Assembly: GCA_964187785.1 (NCBI GenBank)
Contig: OZ076411.1
Location: forward strand, 17,856,001-17,920,000
Source of the DNA: Amphiscolops sp. MND2022
Lineage: Eukaryota
Direction of reading: 5' to 3'
Length of the DNA stretch: 64,000 nucleotides
The translations under genes and the position numbers were made by a program. Position 1 is the first letter of the stretch, and each line of letters begins with the position of its first letter. Positions 26,301 to 41,300 of the stretch are shown here, one piece after another. The notes under the pieces were generated by a model that saw only the letters and a list, made by a program, of their open reading frames with translations, was not told where the DNA came from and searched no databases.

Positions 26301-29300
26301 AGTTCAAGATTGTTCAAGAATAATTCAATATTCAGCTTTCAACCTTTCTCACAAGAGTGTGTCAAAAGAAGGATTCCACAGGAGTGAGCCAGAAAGTACG
26401 AAATCAAGATTCAGCAGCCACCTTTTTTGAAACATTTTCTGGTCCACGTTTTCTCATTAGATGAAAACATTGCATGTGTTATTAATATACACAACTACTT
26501 TCTCATCAAGAAAAGCTTAAAATGACCATATAAAGTGATTGCACCTCGAAACCTGACGAACCATAATCCTTGATAATTATAATGAGCATGTATCCATTGG
26601 AACAGACTTCAAAAGTTTTCATTTTCAAACGTCTAAAATCAAGCTTAACAAAAAATGGCCAAGTATGTGATCATTGGCGACAGCCATTTGAAGCGTGTAA
26701 ATCACAGTCAAATACAAGGCAACGCAAAAATTATTGCCCGTGGAGGGTTGCAAGCTCATCGTATAACTGAGCCATATTTATCCGAATTCGAAGAATATGA
26801 TGTCTGCTTCCTCATCGTCGGTGGGAACGACGTGAGCTTTCATCCGACTTATAACCCTCTCCATAAGACGGCCAGACAAACAGCCGATCGATTAATCAGT
26901 TGTCAATTTTTATTGAAATTCGTTTCCGAGCCCGTTTCTTAGGTTAGGTTTCTTTTGCTTGGTTTTTATCTGCTTAGGTTACCGGGATTAAATTTCTTAG
27001 GTTTATATTTCTTAGGCTTATGTTTCTCAAGCTCAAGTTTCTCTGGATTATCTTTCTTACGATTAGGTTTCTTAGGATTAGGTTTTCTAACATTTGTTGT
27101 CTCAGGCTCAGGTTTTTAGGCTTAGGTTTTTTAGGCTTAGGTGTCTTAGGCTTAAGTTTTCTTAATTAGGTCATTGGTTTAGGTTTCATAGGCCAACTAT
27201 AACATATTAAATTTTGTTTTTAATATTACAGGATCAGCAGCTCTTCATCTTCGACCCCAACAACAGCAGGAGAAAGAAAAGAACATTTTCAAGATAATCT
27301 TCAAGAATGTGAACAGTTAATCATCTCTAGTTCAAGATTGTTCAAGAATAATTCAATATTCAGCTTTCAACCTTTCTCACAAGAGTGTGTCAAAAGAAGG
27401 ATTCCACAGGAGTGAGCCAGAAAGTACGAAATCAAGATTCAGCAGCCACCTTTTTTGAAACATTTTCTGGTCCACGTTTTCTCATTAGATGAAAACATTG
27501 CATGTGTTATTAATATACACAACTACTTTCTCATCAAGAAAAGCTTAAAATGACCATATAAAGTGATTGCACCTCGAAACCTGACGAACCATAATCCTTG
27601 ATAATTATAATGAGCATGTATCCATTGGAACAGACTTCAAAAGTTTTCATTTTCAAACGTCTAAAATCAAGCTTAACAAAAAATGGCCAAGTATGTGATC
27701 ATTGGCGACAGCCATTTGAAGCGTGTAAATCACAGTCAAATACAAGGCAACGCAAAAATTATTGCCCGTGGAGGGTTGCAAGCTCATCGTATAACTGAGC
27801 CATATTTATCCGAATTCGAAGAATATGATGTCTGCTTCCTCATCGTCGGTGGGAACGACGTGAGCTTTCATCCGACTTATAACCCTCTCCATAAGACGGC
27901 CAGACAAACAGCCGATCGATTAATCAGTTGTCAATTTTTATTGAAATTCGTTTCCGAGCCCGTTTCTTAGGTTAGGTTTCTTTTGCTTGGTTTTTATCTG
28001 CTTAGGTTACCGGGATTAAATTTCTTAGGTTTATATTTCTTAGGCTTATGTTTCTCAAGCTCAAGTTTCTCTGGATTATCTTTCTTACGATTAGGTTTCT
28101 TAGGATTAGGTTTTCTAACATTTGTTGTCTCAGGCTCAGGTTTTTAGGCTTAGGTTTTTTAGGCTTAGGTGTCTTAGGCTTAAGTTTTCTTAATTAGGTC
28201 ATTGGTTTAGGTTTCATAGGCCAACTATAACATATTAAATTTTGTTTTTAATATTACAGGATCAGCAGCTCTTCATCTTCGACCCCAACAACAGCAGGAG
28301 AAAGAAAAGAACATTTTCAAGATAATCTTCAAGAATGTGAACAGTTAATCATCTCTAGTTCAAGATTGTTCAACAATAATTCAAGATTCAGCTTTCAACC
28401 TTTCTCACAAGAGTGTGTCAAAAGAAGGATTCCACAGGAGTGAGCCAGAAAGTACGAAATCAAGATTCAGCAGCCACCTTTTTTGAAACATTTTCTGGTC
28501 CACGTTTTCTCATTAGATGAAAACATTGCATGTGTTATTAATATACACAACTACTTTCTCATCAAGAAAAGCTCAAAATGACCATATAAAGTGATTGCAC
28601 CTCGAAACCTGACGAACCATAATCCTTGATAATTATAATGAGCATGTATCCATTGGAACAGACTTCAAAAGTTTTCATTTTCAAACATCTAAAATCAAGC
28701 TTAACAAAAAATGGCCAATTATGTGATCATTGGCGACAGCCATTTGAAGCGTGTAAAACACAGTCAAATACAAGGCAACGCAAAAATTATTGCCCACGGA
28801 GGGTTGCAAGGTCATCGTATAACTGAGCAATATTTATCCGAATTCAAAGAATATGATGTCGGCTTCCTCATCCTCGGTGGGAACGACGTGAGCTTTCATC
28901 CGACTTATAACCCTCTCCATAAAACAGCCAGACAAACAGCCGATCGATTAATCAGTTGTCAATTTTTATTGAAATTCGTTTCCGAGCCCGTTTCTTAGGT
29001 TAGGTTTCTTTTGCTTGGTTTTTATCTGCTTAGGTTACCGGGATTAAATTTCTTAGGTTTATATTTCTTAGGCTTATGTTCCTCAAGCTCAAGTTTCTCT
29101 GGATTATCTTTCTTACGATTAGGTTTCTTAGGATTAGGTTTTCTAAAATTTGTTGTCTCAGGCTCAGGTTTTTAGGCTTAGGTTTTTTAGGCTTAGGTGT
29201 CTTAGGCTTAAGTTTTCTTAATTAGGTCATTGGTTTAGGTTTCATAGGCCAACTATAACATATTAAATTTTGTTTTTAATCATACAGGATCAGCAGCTCT

Positions 29301-32300
29301 TCATCTTCAACCGCAACAACAGCAGGAGAAAGAAATGAACATTTTCATGATAATCTTCAAGAATGTGAACAGTTAATCATCTCTAGTTCAAGATTGTTCA
29401 AGAATATTTCAAGATTCAGCTTTCAACCTTTCTCACAAGAGTGTGTCAAAAGAAGGATTCCACAGGAGTGAGCCAGAAAGTACGAAATCAAGATTCAGCA
29501 GCCACCTTTTTGAAACATTTTCTGGTCCACGTTTTCTCATTAGATGAAAACATTGCATGTGTTATTAATATACACAACTACCTTCTCATCAAGAAAAGCT
29601 CAAAATGACCATATAAAGTGATTGCACCTCGAAACCTGACGAACCATAATCCTTGATAATTATAATGAGCATGTATCCATTGGAACAGACTTCAAAAGTT
29701 TTCATTTTTCAAACATCTAAAATCAAGCTGAACAAAAAATGGCCAATTATGTGATCATTGGCGACAGCCATTTGAAGCGTGTAAATCACAGTCAAATACA
29801 AGGCAACGCAAAAATTATTGCCCGTGGAGGGTTGCAAGGTCATCGTATAACTGAGCAATATTTATCCGAATTCAAAGAATATGATGTCGGCTTCCTCATC
29901 GTCGGTGGGAACGACGCGAGCTTTCATCCGACTTATAACCCTCTCCATAAAACAGCCAGACAAACAGCCGATCGATTAATCAGTTGTCAATTTTTATTGA
30001 AATTCGTTTCCGAGCCCGTTTCTTAGGTTAGGTTTCTTTTGCTTGGTTTTTATCTGCTTAGGTTACCGGGATTAAATTTCTTAGGTTTATATTTCTTGGG
30101 CTTATGTTTCTCAAGCTCAAGTTTCTCTGGATTATCTTTCTTACGATTAGGTTTCTTAGGATTAGGTTTTCTAACATTTGTTGTCTCAGGCTCAGGTTTT
30201 TAGGCTTAGGTTTTTTAGGCTGAGGTGTCTTAGGCTTAAGTTTTCTTAATTAGGTCATTGGTTTAGGTTTCATAGGCCAACTATAACATATTAAATTTTG
30301 TTTTTAATATTACAGGATCGGCAGCTCTTCATCTTCAACCCCAACAACAGCAGGAGAAAGAAATGAACATTTTCATGATAATCTTCAAGAATGTGAACAG
30401 TTAATCATCTCTAGTTCAAGATTGTTCAAGAATATTTCAAGATTCAGCTTTCAACCTTTCTCACAAGAGTGTGTCAAAAGAAGGATTCCACAGGAGTGAG
30501 CCAGAAAGTACGAAATCAAGATTCAGCAGCCACCTTTTTTGAAACAATTTCTGGTCCACGTTTTCTCATTAGATGAAAACATTGCATGTGTTATTAATAT
30601 ACACAACTACTTTCTCATCAAGAAAAGCTCAAAATGACCATTTAAAGTGATTGCACCTCGAAACCTGACGAACCACAATCCTTGATAATTATAATGAGCA
30701 TGTATCCATTGGAACAGACTTCAAAAGTTTTCATTTTCAAACATCTAAAATCAAGCTTAACAAAAAATGGCCAATTATGTGATCATTGGCGACAGCCATT
30801 TGAAGCGTGTAAAACACAGTCAAATACAAGGCAACGCAAAAATTATTGCCCGTGGAGGGTTGCAAGGTCATCGTATAACTGAGCAATATTTATCCGAATT
30901 CAAAGAATATGATGTCGGCTTCCTCATCGTCGGTGGGAACGACGTGAGCTTTCATCCGACTTATAACCCTCTCCATAAAACAGCCAGACAAACAGCCGAT
31001 CGATTAATCAGTTGTCAATTTTTATTGAAATTCGTTTCCGAGCCCGTTTCTTAGGTTAGGTTTCTTTTGCTTGGTTTTTATCTGCTTAGGTTACCGGGAT
31101 TAAATTTCTTAGGTTTATATTTCTTAGGCTTATGTTTCTCAAGCTCAAGTTTCTCTGGATTATCTTTCTTACGATTAGGTTTCTTAGGATTAGGTTTTCT
31201 AACATTTGTTGTCTCAGGCTCAGGTTTTTAGGCTTAGGTTTTTTAGGCTGAGGTGTCTTAGGCTTAAGTTTTCTTAATTAGGTCATTGGTTTAGGTTTCA
31301 TAGGCCAACTATAACATATTAAATTTTGTTTTTAATATTACAGGATCGGCAGCTCTTCATCTTCAACCCCAACAACAGCAGGAGAAAGAAATGAACATTT
31401 TCATGATAATCTTCAAGAATGTGAACAGTTAATCATCTCTAGTTCAAGATTGTTCAAGAATATTTCAAGATTCAGCTTTCAACCTTTCTCACAAGAGTGT
31501 GTCAAAAGAAGGATTCCACAGGAGTGAGCCAGAAAGTACGAAATCAAGATTCAGCAGCCACCTTTTTTGAAACATTTTCTGGTCCACGTTTTCTCATTAG
31601 ATGAAAACATTGCATGTGTTATTAATATACACAACTACCTTCTCATCAAGAAAAGCTCAAAATGACCATATAAAGTGATTGCACCTCGAAACCTGACGAA
31701 CCATAATCCTTGATAATTATAATGAGCATGTATCCATTGGAACAGACTTCAAAAGTTTTCATTTTCAAACATCTAAAATCAAGCTTAACAAAAAATGGCC
31801 AATTATGTGATCATTGGCGACAGCCATTTGAAGCGTGTAAAACACAGTTAAATACAAGGCAACGCAAAAATTATTGCCCGTGGAGGGTTGCAAGGTCATC
31901 GTATAACTGAGCAATATTTATCCGAATTCAAAGAATATGATGTCGGCTTCCTCATCGTCGGTGGGAACGACGTGAGCTTTCATTCGACTTATAACCCTCT
32001 CCATAAAACAGCCGATCGATTAATCAGTTGTCAATTTTTATTGAAATTCGTTTCCGAGCCCGTTTCTTAGGTTAGGTTTCTTTTGCTTGGTTTTTATCTG
32101 CTTAGGTTACCGGGATTAAATTTCTTAGGTTTATATTTCTTAGGCTTATGTTTCTCAAGCTCAAGTTTCTCTGGATTATCTTTCTTACGATTAGGTTTCT
32201 TAGGATTAGGTTTTCTAACCTTTGTTGTCTCAGGCTCAGGTTTTTAGGCTTAGGTTTTTTAGGCTTAGGTGTCTTAGGCTTAAGTTTTCTTAATTAGGTC

Positions 32301-35300
32301 ATTGGTTTAGGTTTCATAGGCCAACTATAACATATTAAATTTTGTTTTTAATATTACAGGATCAGCAGCTCTTCATCTTCGACCCCAACTACAGCAGGAG
32401 AAAGAAATAAACATTTTCAAGATAATCTTCAAGAATGTGAACAGTTAATCATCTCTAGTTCAAGATTTTTCAAGAATAATTCAAGATTCAGCTTTCAACC
32501 TTTCTCACAAGAGTGTGTCAAAAGAAGGATTCCACAGGAGTGAGCCAGAAAGTACGAAATCAAGATTCAGCAGCCACCTTTTTTGAAACATTTTCTGGTC
32601 CACGTTTTCTCATTAGATGAAAACATTGCATGTGTTATTAATATACACAACTACTTTCTCATCAAGAAAAGCTCAAAATGACCATATAAAGTGATTGCAC
32701 CTCGAAACCTGACGAACCATAATCCTTGATAATTATAATGAGCATGTATCCATTGGAACAGACTTCAAAAGTTTTCATTTTCAAACATCTAAAATCAAGC
32801 TTAACAAAAAATGGCCAATTATGTGATCATTGGCGACAGCCATTTGAAGCGTGTAAAACACAGTCAAATACAAGGCAACGCAAAAATTATTGCCCGTGGA
32901 GGGTTGCAAGGTCATCGTATAACTGAGCAATATTTATCCGAATTCAAAGAATATGATGTCGGCTTCCTCATCGTCGGTGGGAACGACGTGAGCTTTCATC
33001 CGACTTATAACCCTCTCCATAAAACAGCCAGACAAACAGCCGATCGATTAATCAGTTGTCAATTTTTATTGAAATTCGTTTCCGAGCCCGTTTCTTAGGT
33101 TAGGTTTCTTTTGCTTGGTTTTTATCTGCTTAGGTTACCGGGATTAAATTTCTTAGGTTTATATTTCTTAGGCTTATGTTTCTCAAGCTCAAGTTTCTCT
33201 GGATTATCTTTCTTACGATTAGGTTTCTTAGGATTAGGTTTTCTAACCTTTGTTGTCTCAGGCTCAGGTTTTTAGGCTTAGGTTTTTTAGGCTTAGGTGT
33301 CTTAGGCTTAAGTTTTTTTAATTAGGTCATTGGTTTAGGTTTCATAGGCCAACTATAACATATTAAATTTTGTTTTTAATATTACAGGATAAGCAGCTCT
33401 TCATCTTCGACCCCAACTACAGCAGGAGAAAGAAATAAACATTTTCAAGATAATCTTCAAGAATGTGAACAGTTAATCATCTCTAGTTCATGATTTTTCA
33501 AGAATAATTCAAGATTCAGCTTTCAACCTTTCTCACAAGAGTGTGTCAAAAGAAGGATTCCACAGGAGTGAGCCAGAAAGTACGAAATCAAGATTCAGCA
33601 GCCACCTTTTTTGAAAAATTTTCTGGTCCACGTTTTCTCATTAGATGAAAACATTGCATGTGTTATTAATATACACAACTACTTTCTCATCAAGAAAAGC
33701 TCAAAATGACCATATAAAGTGATTGCACCTCGAAACCTGACGAACCATAATCCTTGATAATTATAATGAGCATGTATCCATTGGAACAGACTTCAAAAGT
33801 TTTCATTTTCAAACATCTAAAATCAAGCATAACAAAAAATGGCCAATTATGTGATCATTGGCGACAGCCATTTGAAGCGTGTAAAACACAGTCAAATACA
33901 AGGCAACGCAAAAATTATTGCCCGTGGAGGGTTGCAAGGTCATCGTATAACTGAGCAATATTTATCCGAATTCAAAGAATATGATGTCGGCTTCCTCATC
34001 GTCGGTGGGAACGACGTGAGCTTTCATCCGACTTATAACCCTCTCCATAAAACAGCCAGACAAACAGCCGATCGATTAATCAGTTGTCAATTTTTATTGA
34101 AATTCGTTTCCGAGCCCGTTTCTTAGGTTAGGTTTCTTTTGCTTGGTTTTTATCTGCTTAGGTTACCGGGATTAAATTTCTTAGGTTTATATTTCTTAGG
34201 CTTATGTTTCTCAAGCTCAAGTTTCTCTGGATTATCTTTCTTACGATTAGGTTTCTTAGGATTAGGTTTTCTAACCTTTGTTGTCTCAGGCTCAGGTTTT
34301 TAGGCTTAGGTTTTTTAGGCTTAGGTGTCTTAGGCTTAAGTTTTCTTAATTAGGTCATTGGTTTAGGTTTCATAGGCCAACTATAACATATTAAATTTTG
34401 TTTTTAATATTACAGCATCAGCAGCTCTTCATCTTCGACCCCAACTACAGCAGGAGAAAGAAATAAACATTTTCAAGATAATCTTCAAGAATGTGAACAG
34501 TTAATCATCTCTAGTTCAAGATTGTTCAAGAATAATTCAAGATTCAGCTTTCAACCTTTCTCACAAGAGTGTGTCAAAAGAAGGATTTCACAGGAGTGAG
34601 CCAGAAAGTACGAAATCAAGATTCAGCAGCCACCTTTTTTGAAACATTTTCTGGTCCACGTTTTCTCATTAGATGAAAACAATGCATGTGTTATTAATAT
34701 ACACAACTACTTTCTCATCAAGAAAAGCTCAAAATGACCATATAAAGTGATTGCACCTCGAAACCTGACGAACCATAATCCTTTATAATTATAATGAGCA
34801 TGTATCCATTGGAACAGACTTCAAAAGTTTTCATTTTCAAACATCTAAAATCAAGCTTAACAAAAAATGGCCGATTATGTGATCATTGGCGACAGCCATT
34901 TGAAGCGTGTAAAACACAGTCAAATACTAGGCAACGCAAAAATTATTGCCCGTGGAGGGTTGCAAGGTCATCGTATAACTGAGCAATATTTATCCGAATT
35001 CAAAGAATATGATGTCGGCTTCCTCATCGTCGGTGGGAACGACGTGAGCTTTCATCCGACTTATAACCCTCTCCATAAAACAGCCAGACAAACAGCCGAT
35101 CGATTAATCAGTTGTCAATTTTTATTGAAATTCGTTTCCGAGCCCGTTTCTTAGGTTAGGTTTCTTTTGCTTGGTTTTTATCTGCTTAGGTTACCGGGAT
35201 TAAATTTCTTAGGTTTATATTTCTTAGGCTTATGTTTCTCAAGCTCAAGTTTCTCTGGATTATCTTTCTTACGATTAGGTTTCTTAGGATTAGGTTTTCT

Positions 35301-38300
35301 AACCTTTGTTGTCTCAGGCTCAGGTTTTTAGGCTTAGGTTTTTTAGGCTTAGGTGTCTTAGGCTTAAGTTTTCTTAATTAGGTCATTGGTTTAGGTTTCA
35401 TAGGCCAACTATAACATATTAAATTTTGTTTTTAATATTACAGGATCAGCAGCTCTTCATCTTCGACCCCAACTACAGCAGGAGAAAGAAATAAACATTT
35501 TCAAGATAATCTTCAAGAATGTGAACAGTTAATCATCTCTAGTTCAAGATTTTTCAAGAATAATTCAAGATTCAGCTTTCAACCTTTCTCACAAGAGTGT
35601 GTCAAAAGAAGGATTCCACAGGAGTGAGCCAGAAAGTACGAAATCAAGATTCAGCAGCCACCTTTTTTGAAACATTTTCTGGTCCACGTTTTCTCATTAG
35701 ATGAAAACATTGCATGTGTTATTAATATACACAACTACTTTCTCATCAAGAAAAGCTTAAAATGACCATTTAAAGTGATTGCACCTCGAAACCTGACGAA
35801 CCATAATCCTTGATAATTATAATGAGCATGTATCCATTGGAACAGACTTCGAAAATTTTCATTTTCAAACATCTAAATTCAAGCTTAACAAAAAATGGCC
35901 AAGTATGTGATCATTGGCGACAGCCATTTGAAGCGTGTAAATCACAGTCAAATACAAGGCAACGCAAAAATTATTGCCCGTGGAGGGTTGCAAGCTCATC
36001 GTATAACTGAGCAATATTTATCCGAATTCAAAGAATATGATGTCTGCTTCCTCATCGTCGGTGGGAACGACGTGAGCTTTCATCCGACTTACAACCCTCT
36101 CCATAAAACGGCCAGACAAACAGCCGATCGATTAAGCAGTTGTCAATTTTTATTGAAATTCGTTTTCGAGCCCGTTTCCTAGGTTAGGTTTCTTTTGCTT
36201 GGTTTTTATCTGCTTAGGTTACCAGGATTGAATTTCTTAGGTTTATATTTCTTAGGCTTATGTTTCTCAAGCTCAAGTATCTCTGGATTATCTTTCTTGC
36301 GATTAGGTTTCTTAGGATTAATTTTCTAACCTTAGTTGTCTCAGGCTCAGGTTTTTCGGCTTTGGTTTTTTAGGCTTAGGTGTCTTAGGCTTAAGTTTTC
36401 TTAATCAGGTCATTGGTTTAGGTTTCATAGGCCACTATAACATATTAAATTTTGTTTTTAATATTACAGGATCAGCAGCTCTTCATCTTCGACCCCAACT
36501 ACAGCAGGAGAAAGAAATAAACATTTAAGATAATCTTCAAGAATGTGAACAGGTAATCATCTCTAGTTCAAGATTGTTAAAGAATAATTCAAGATTCAGC
36601 TTTCAACCTTTCTCACAAGAGTGTGTCAAAAGAAGGATTCCACAGGAGTGAGCCAGAAAGTACGAAATCAAGATTCAGCAGCAACCTTTTTTGAAACATT
36701 TTCTGGTCCACGTTTTCTCGTTAGATGAAAACATTGCATGTGTTATTAATATACACAACTACTTTCTCAAGAAAAGCTTTAAAATGACCAATTAAAGTGA
36801 TTGCACCTCAAAACCTGACGAACCATAATCCTTGATAATTATAATGAGCATGTATCAATTGGAACAGACTTCAAAAGTTTTCATTTTCAAACATCTAAAA
36901 TCAAGCTTAACAAAAAATGACCAAGTATGTGATCATTGGCGACAGCCATTTGAAGCGTGTAAATCACAGTCAAATACAAGGCAACGCAAAAATTATTGCC
37001 CGTGGAGGGTTGCAAGCTCATCGTATAACTGAGTAATATTTATCCGAATTCAAAGAATATGATGTCTGCTTCCTCATCGTCGGTGGGAACGACGTGAGCT
37101 TTCATCCGACTTATAACCCTCTCCATAAAACGGCCAGACAAACAGCCGATCGATTAATCAGTTGTCAATTTTTATTGAAATTCGTTTCCGAGCCCGTTTC
37201 TTAGGTTAGGATTCTTTTGCTTGGATTTTATCTGCTTAGGTTACCAGGATTAAATTTCTTAGGTTTATATTTCTTAGGCTTATGTTTCTCAAGCTCAAGT
37301 TTCTCTGGATTATCTTTCTTACGATTAGGTTTCTTAGGATTAGGTTTTCTAACCTTTGTTGTCTCAGGCTCAGGTTTTTAGGCTTAGGTTTTTTAGGCTT
37401 AGGTGTCTTAGGCTTAAGTTTTCTTAATTAGGTCATTGGTTTAGGTTTCATAGGCCAACTATAACATATTAAATTTTGTTTTTAATATTACAGGATCAGC
37501 AGCTCTTCATCTTCGACCCCAACTACAGCAGGAGAAAGAAATAAACATTTTCAAGATAATCTTCAAGAATGTGAACAGGTAATCATCTCTAGTTCAAGAT
37601 TGTTAAAGAATAATTCAAGATTCAGCTTTCAACCTTTCTCACAAGAGTGTGTCAAAAGAAGGATTCCACAGGAGTGAGCCAGAAAGTACGAAATCAAGAT
37701 TCAGCAGCAACCTTTTTTGAAACATTTTCTGGTCCACGTTTTCTCGTTAGATGAAAACATTGCATGTGTTATTAATATACACAACTACTTTCTCAAGAAA
37801 AGCTTTAAAATGACCAAGTAAAGTGATTGCACCTCAAAACCTGACGAACCATAATCCTTGATAATTATAATGAGCATGTATCAATTGGAACAGACTTCAA
37901 AAGTTTTCATTTTCAAACATCTAAAATCAAGCTTAACAAAAAATGACCAAGTATGTGATCATTGGCGACAGCCATTTGAAGCGTGTAAATCACAGTCAAA
38001 TACAAGGCAACGCAAAAATTATTGCCCGTGGAGGGTTGCAAGCTCATCGTATAACTGAGCAATATTTATCCGAATTCAAAGAATATGATGTCTGCTTCCT
38101 CATCGTCGGTGGGAACGACGTGAGCTTTCATCCGACTTATAACCCTCTCCATAAAACGGCCAGACAAACAGCCGATCGATTAATCAGTTGTCAATTTTTA
38201 TTGAAATTCGTTTCCGAGCCCGTTTCTTAGGTTAGGATTCTTTTGCTTGGATTTTATCTGCTTAGGTTACCAGGATTAAATTTCTTAGGTTTATATTTCT

Positions 38301-41300
38301 TAGGCTTATGTTTCTCAAGCTCAAGTTTCTCTGGATTATCTTTCTTACGATTAGGTTTCTTAGGATTAGGTTTTCTAACCTTTGTTGTCTCAGGCTCAGG
38401 TTTTTAGGCTTAGGTTTTTTAGGCTTAGGTGTCTTAGGCTTAAGTTTTCTTAATTAGGTCATTGGTTTAGGTTTCATAGGCCAACTATAACACATAAAAT
38501 TTTGTTTTTAATATTACAGGATCAGCAGCTCTTCATCTTCGACCCCAACTACAGCAGGAGAAAGAAATAAACATTTTCAAGATAATCTTCAAGAATGTGA
38601 ACAGTTAATCATCTCTAGTTCAAGATTGTTAAAGAATAATTCAAGATTCAGCTTTCAACCTTTCTCACAAGAGTGTGTCAAAAGAAGGATTTTACAGGAG
38701 TGAGCCAGAAAGTACGAAATCAAGATTCAGCAGCGACCTTTTTTGAAACATTTTCTGGTCCACGTTTTCTCATTAGATGAAAACATTGCATGTGTTATTA
38801 ATATACACAACTACTTTCTCATCAATAAAAGCTTTAAATGACCATTTAAAGTGATTGCACCTCGAAACCTGACGAACCATAATCCTTGATAATTATAATG
38901 AGCATGTATCCATTGGAACAGACTTCAAAAGTTTTCATTTTCAAACATATAAAATCAAGCTTAACAAAAAATGGCCAAGTATGTGATCATTGGCGACAGC
39001 CATTTGAAGCGTGTAAATCACAGTCAAATACAAGGCAACGCAAAAATTATTGCCCGTGAAGGGTTGCAAGCTCATCGTATAACTGAGCAATATTTATCCG
39101 AATTCAAAGAATATGATGTCTGCTTCCTCATCGTCGGTGGGAACTACGTGAGCTTTCATCCGACTTATAACCCTCTCCATAAAACGGCCAGACAAACAGC
39201 CGATCGACTAATCAGTTGTCAATTTTTATTGAAATTCGTTTCCGAGCCCGTTCCTTAGTTTAGGTTTCTTTTGCTTGGTTTTTATCTGCTTAGGTTACCA
39301 GGATTAAATTTCTTAGGTTTATATTTCATAGGCTTATGTTTCTCAAGCTCAAGTTTCTCTGGATTATCTTTCTTACGATTAGGTTTCTTAGGATTAGGTT
39401 TTCTAACCTTAGTTGTCTCAGGCTCAGGTTTTTAGGCTTAGGTTTTTTAGGCTTAGGTGTCTTTGGCTTAAGTTTTCTTAATCAGGTCATTGGTTTAGGT
39501 TTCATAGGCCAACTATAACATATTAAATTTTGTTTTTCATATTACAGGATCAGCAGCTCTTCATCTTCGACCCCAACTACAGCAGGAGAAAGAAATAAAC
39601 ATTTTCAAGATAATCTACAAGAATGTGAACAGTTAATCATCTCTGGTTCAAGATTGTTCAAGAATAATTCAAGATTCAGCTTTCAACCTTTCTCACAAGA
39701 GTGTGTCAAAAGAAGGATTCCACAAAAGTGAGCCAAAAAGTACGAAATCAAAATTCAGCAGCCACCTTTTTCGAAACATTTTCTGATCCACGTTTTCTCA
39801 TTAGATGAAAACATTGCATGTGTTATTAATATACACAACTACTTTCTCATCAAGAAAAGCTTTAAAATGACCAATTAAAGTGATTGCACCTCAAAACCTG
39901 ACGAACCATAATCCTTGATAATTATAATGAGCATGTATCTATCCATTGGAACAGACTTCAAAAGTTTTCATTTTCAAACATCTAAAATCAAGCTTAACAA
40001 AAAATGGCCAAGTATGTGATCATTGGCGACAGCCATTTGAAGCGTGTAAATCACAGTCAAATACAAGGCAACGCAAAAATTATTGCCCGTGGAGGGTTGC
40101 AAGCTCATCGTATAACTGAGCAATATTTATCCGAATTCAAAGAATATGATGTCTGCTTCCTCATCGTCGGTGGGAACGACGTGAGCTTTCATCCGACTTA
40201 TAACCCTCTCCATAAAACGGCCAGACAAACAGCCGATCGATTAATCAGTTGTCAATTTTTATTGAAATTCGTTTCCGAGCCCGTTTCTTAGGTTAGGTTT
40301 CTTTTGCTTGGTTTTTATCTGCTTAGGTTACCAGGATTAAATTTCTTAGGTTTATATATCTTAGGCTTATGTTTCTCAAGCTCAAGTTTCTCTGGATTAT
40401 CTTTCTTACGATTAGGTTTCTTAGGATTAGGTTTTCTAACCTTAGTTGTCTCAGGCTCAGGTTTTTAGGCTTAGGTTTTTAGGCTGAGGTGTCTTAGGCT
40501 TAAGTTTTCTTAATCAGGTCATTGGTTTAGGTTTCATAGGCCAACTATAACATATTAAATTTTGTTTTTAATATTACAGGATCAGCAGCTCTTCATCTTC
40601 GACCCCAACTACAGCGGGAGAAAGAAATAAACATTTTCAAGATAATCTTCAAGAATGTGAACAGTTAATCATCTCTAGTTCAAGATTGTTCAAGAATAAT
40701 TCAAGATTCAGCTTTCAACCTTTCTCACAAGAGTGTGTCAAAAGAAGGATTCCACAGGAGTGAGCCAGAAAGTACGAAATCAAGATTCAGCAGCCACCTT
40801 TTTTGAAACAATTTCTGGTCCACGTTTTCTCATTAGATGAAAACATTGCATGTGTTATTAATATACACAACTACTTTCTCATCAAGAAAAGCTTAAAATG
40901 ACCATTTAGTGTGATTGCACCTCGAAACCTGACGAACCATAAACCTTGATAATTATAATGAGCATGTATCCATTGGAACAGACTTCAAAAGTTTTCATTT
41001 TCAAACATCTAAAATCAAGCTTAACAAAAAATGGCCAAGTATGTGATCATTGGCGACAGCCATTTGAAGCGTGTAAATCACAGTCAAATACAAGGCAACG
41101 CAAAAATTATTGCCCGTGGAGGGTTGCAAGCTCATCGTATAACTGAGCAATATTTATCCGAATTCAAAGAATATGATGTCTGCTTCCTCATCGTCGGTGG
41201 GAACTACGTGAGCTTTCATCCGACTTATAACCCTCTCCATAAAACGGCCAGACAAACAGCCGATCGATTATTCAGTTGTCAATTTTTATTGAAATTCGTT

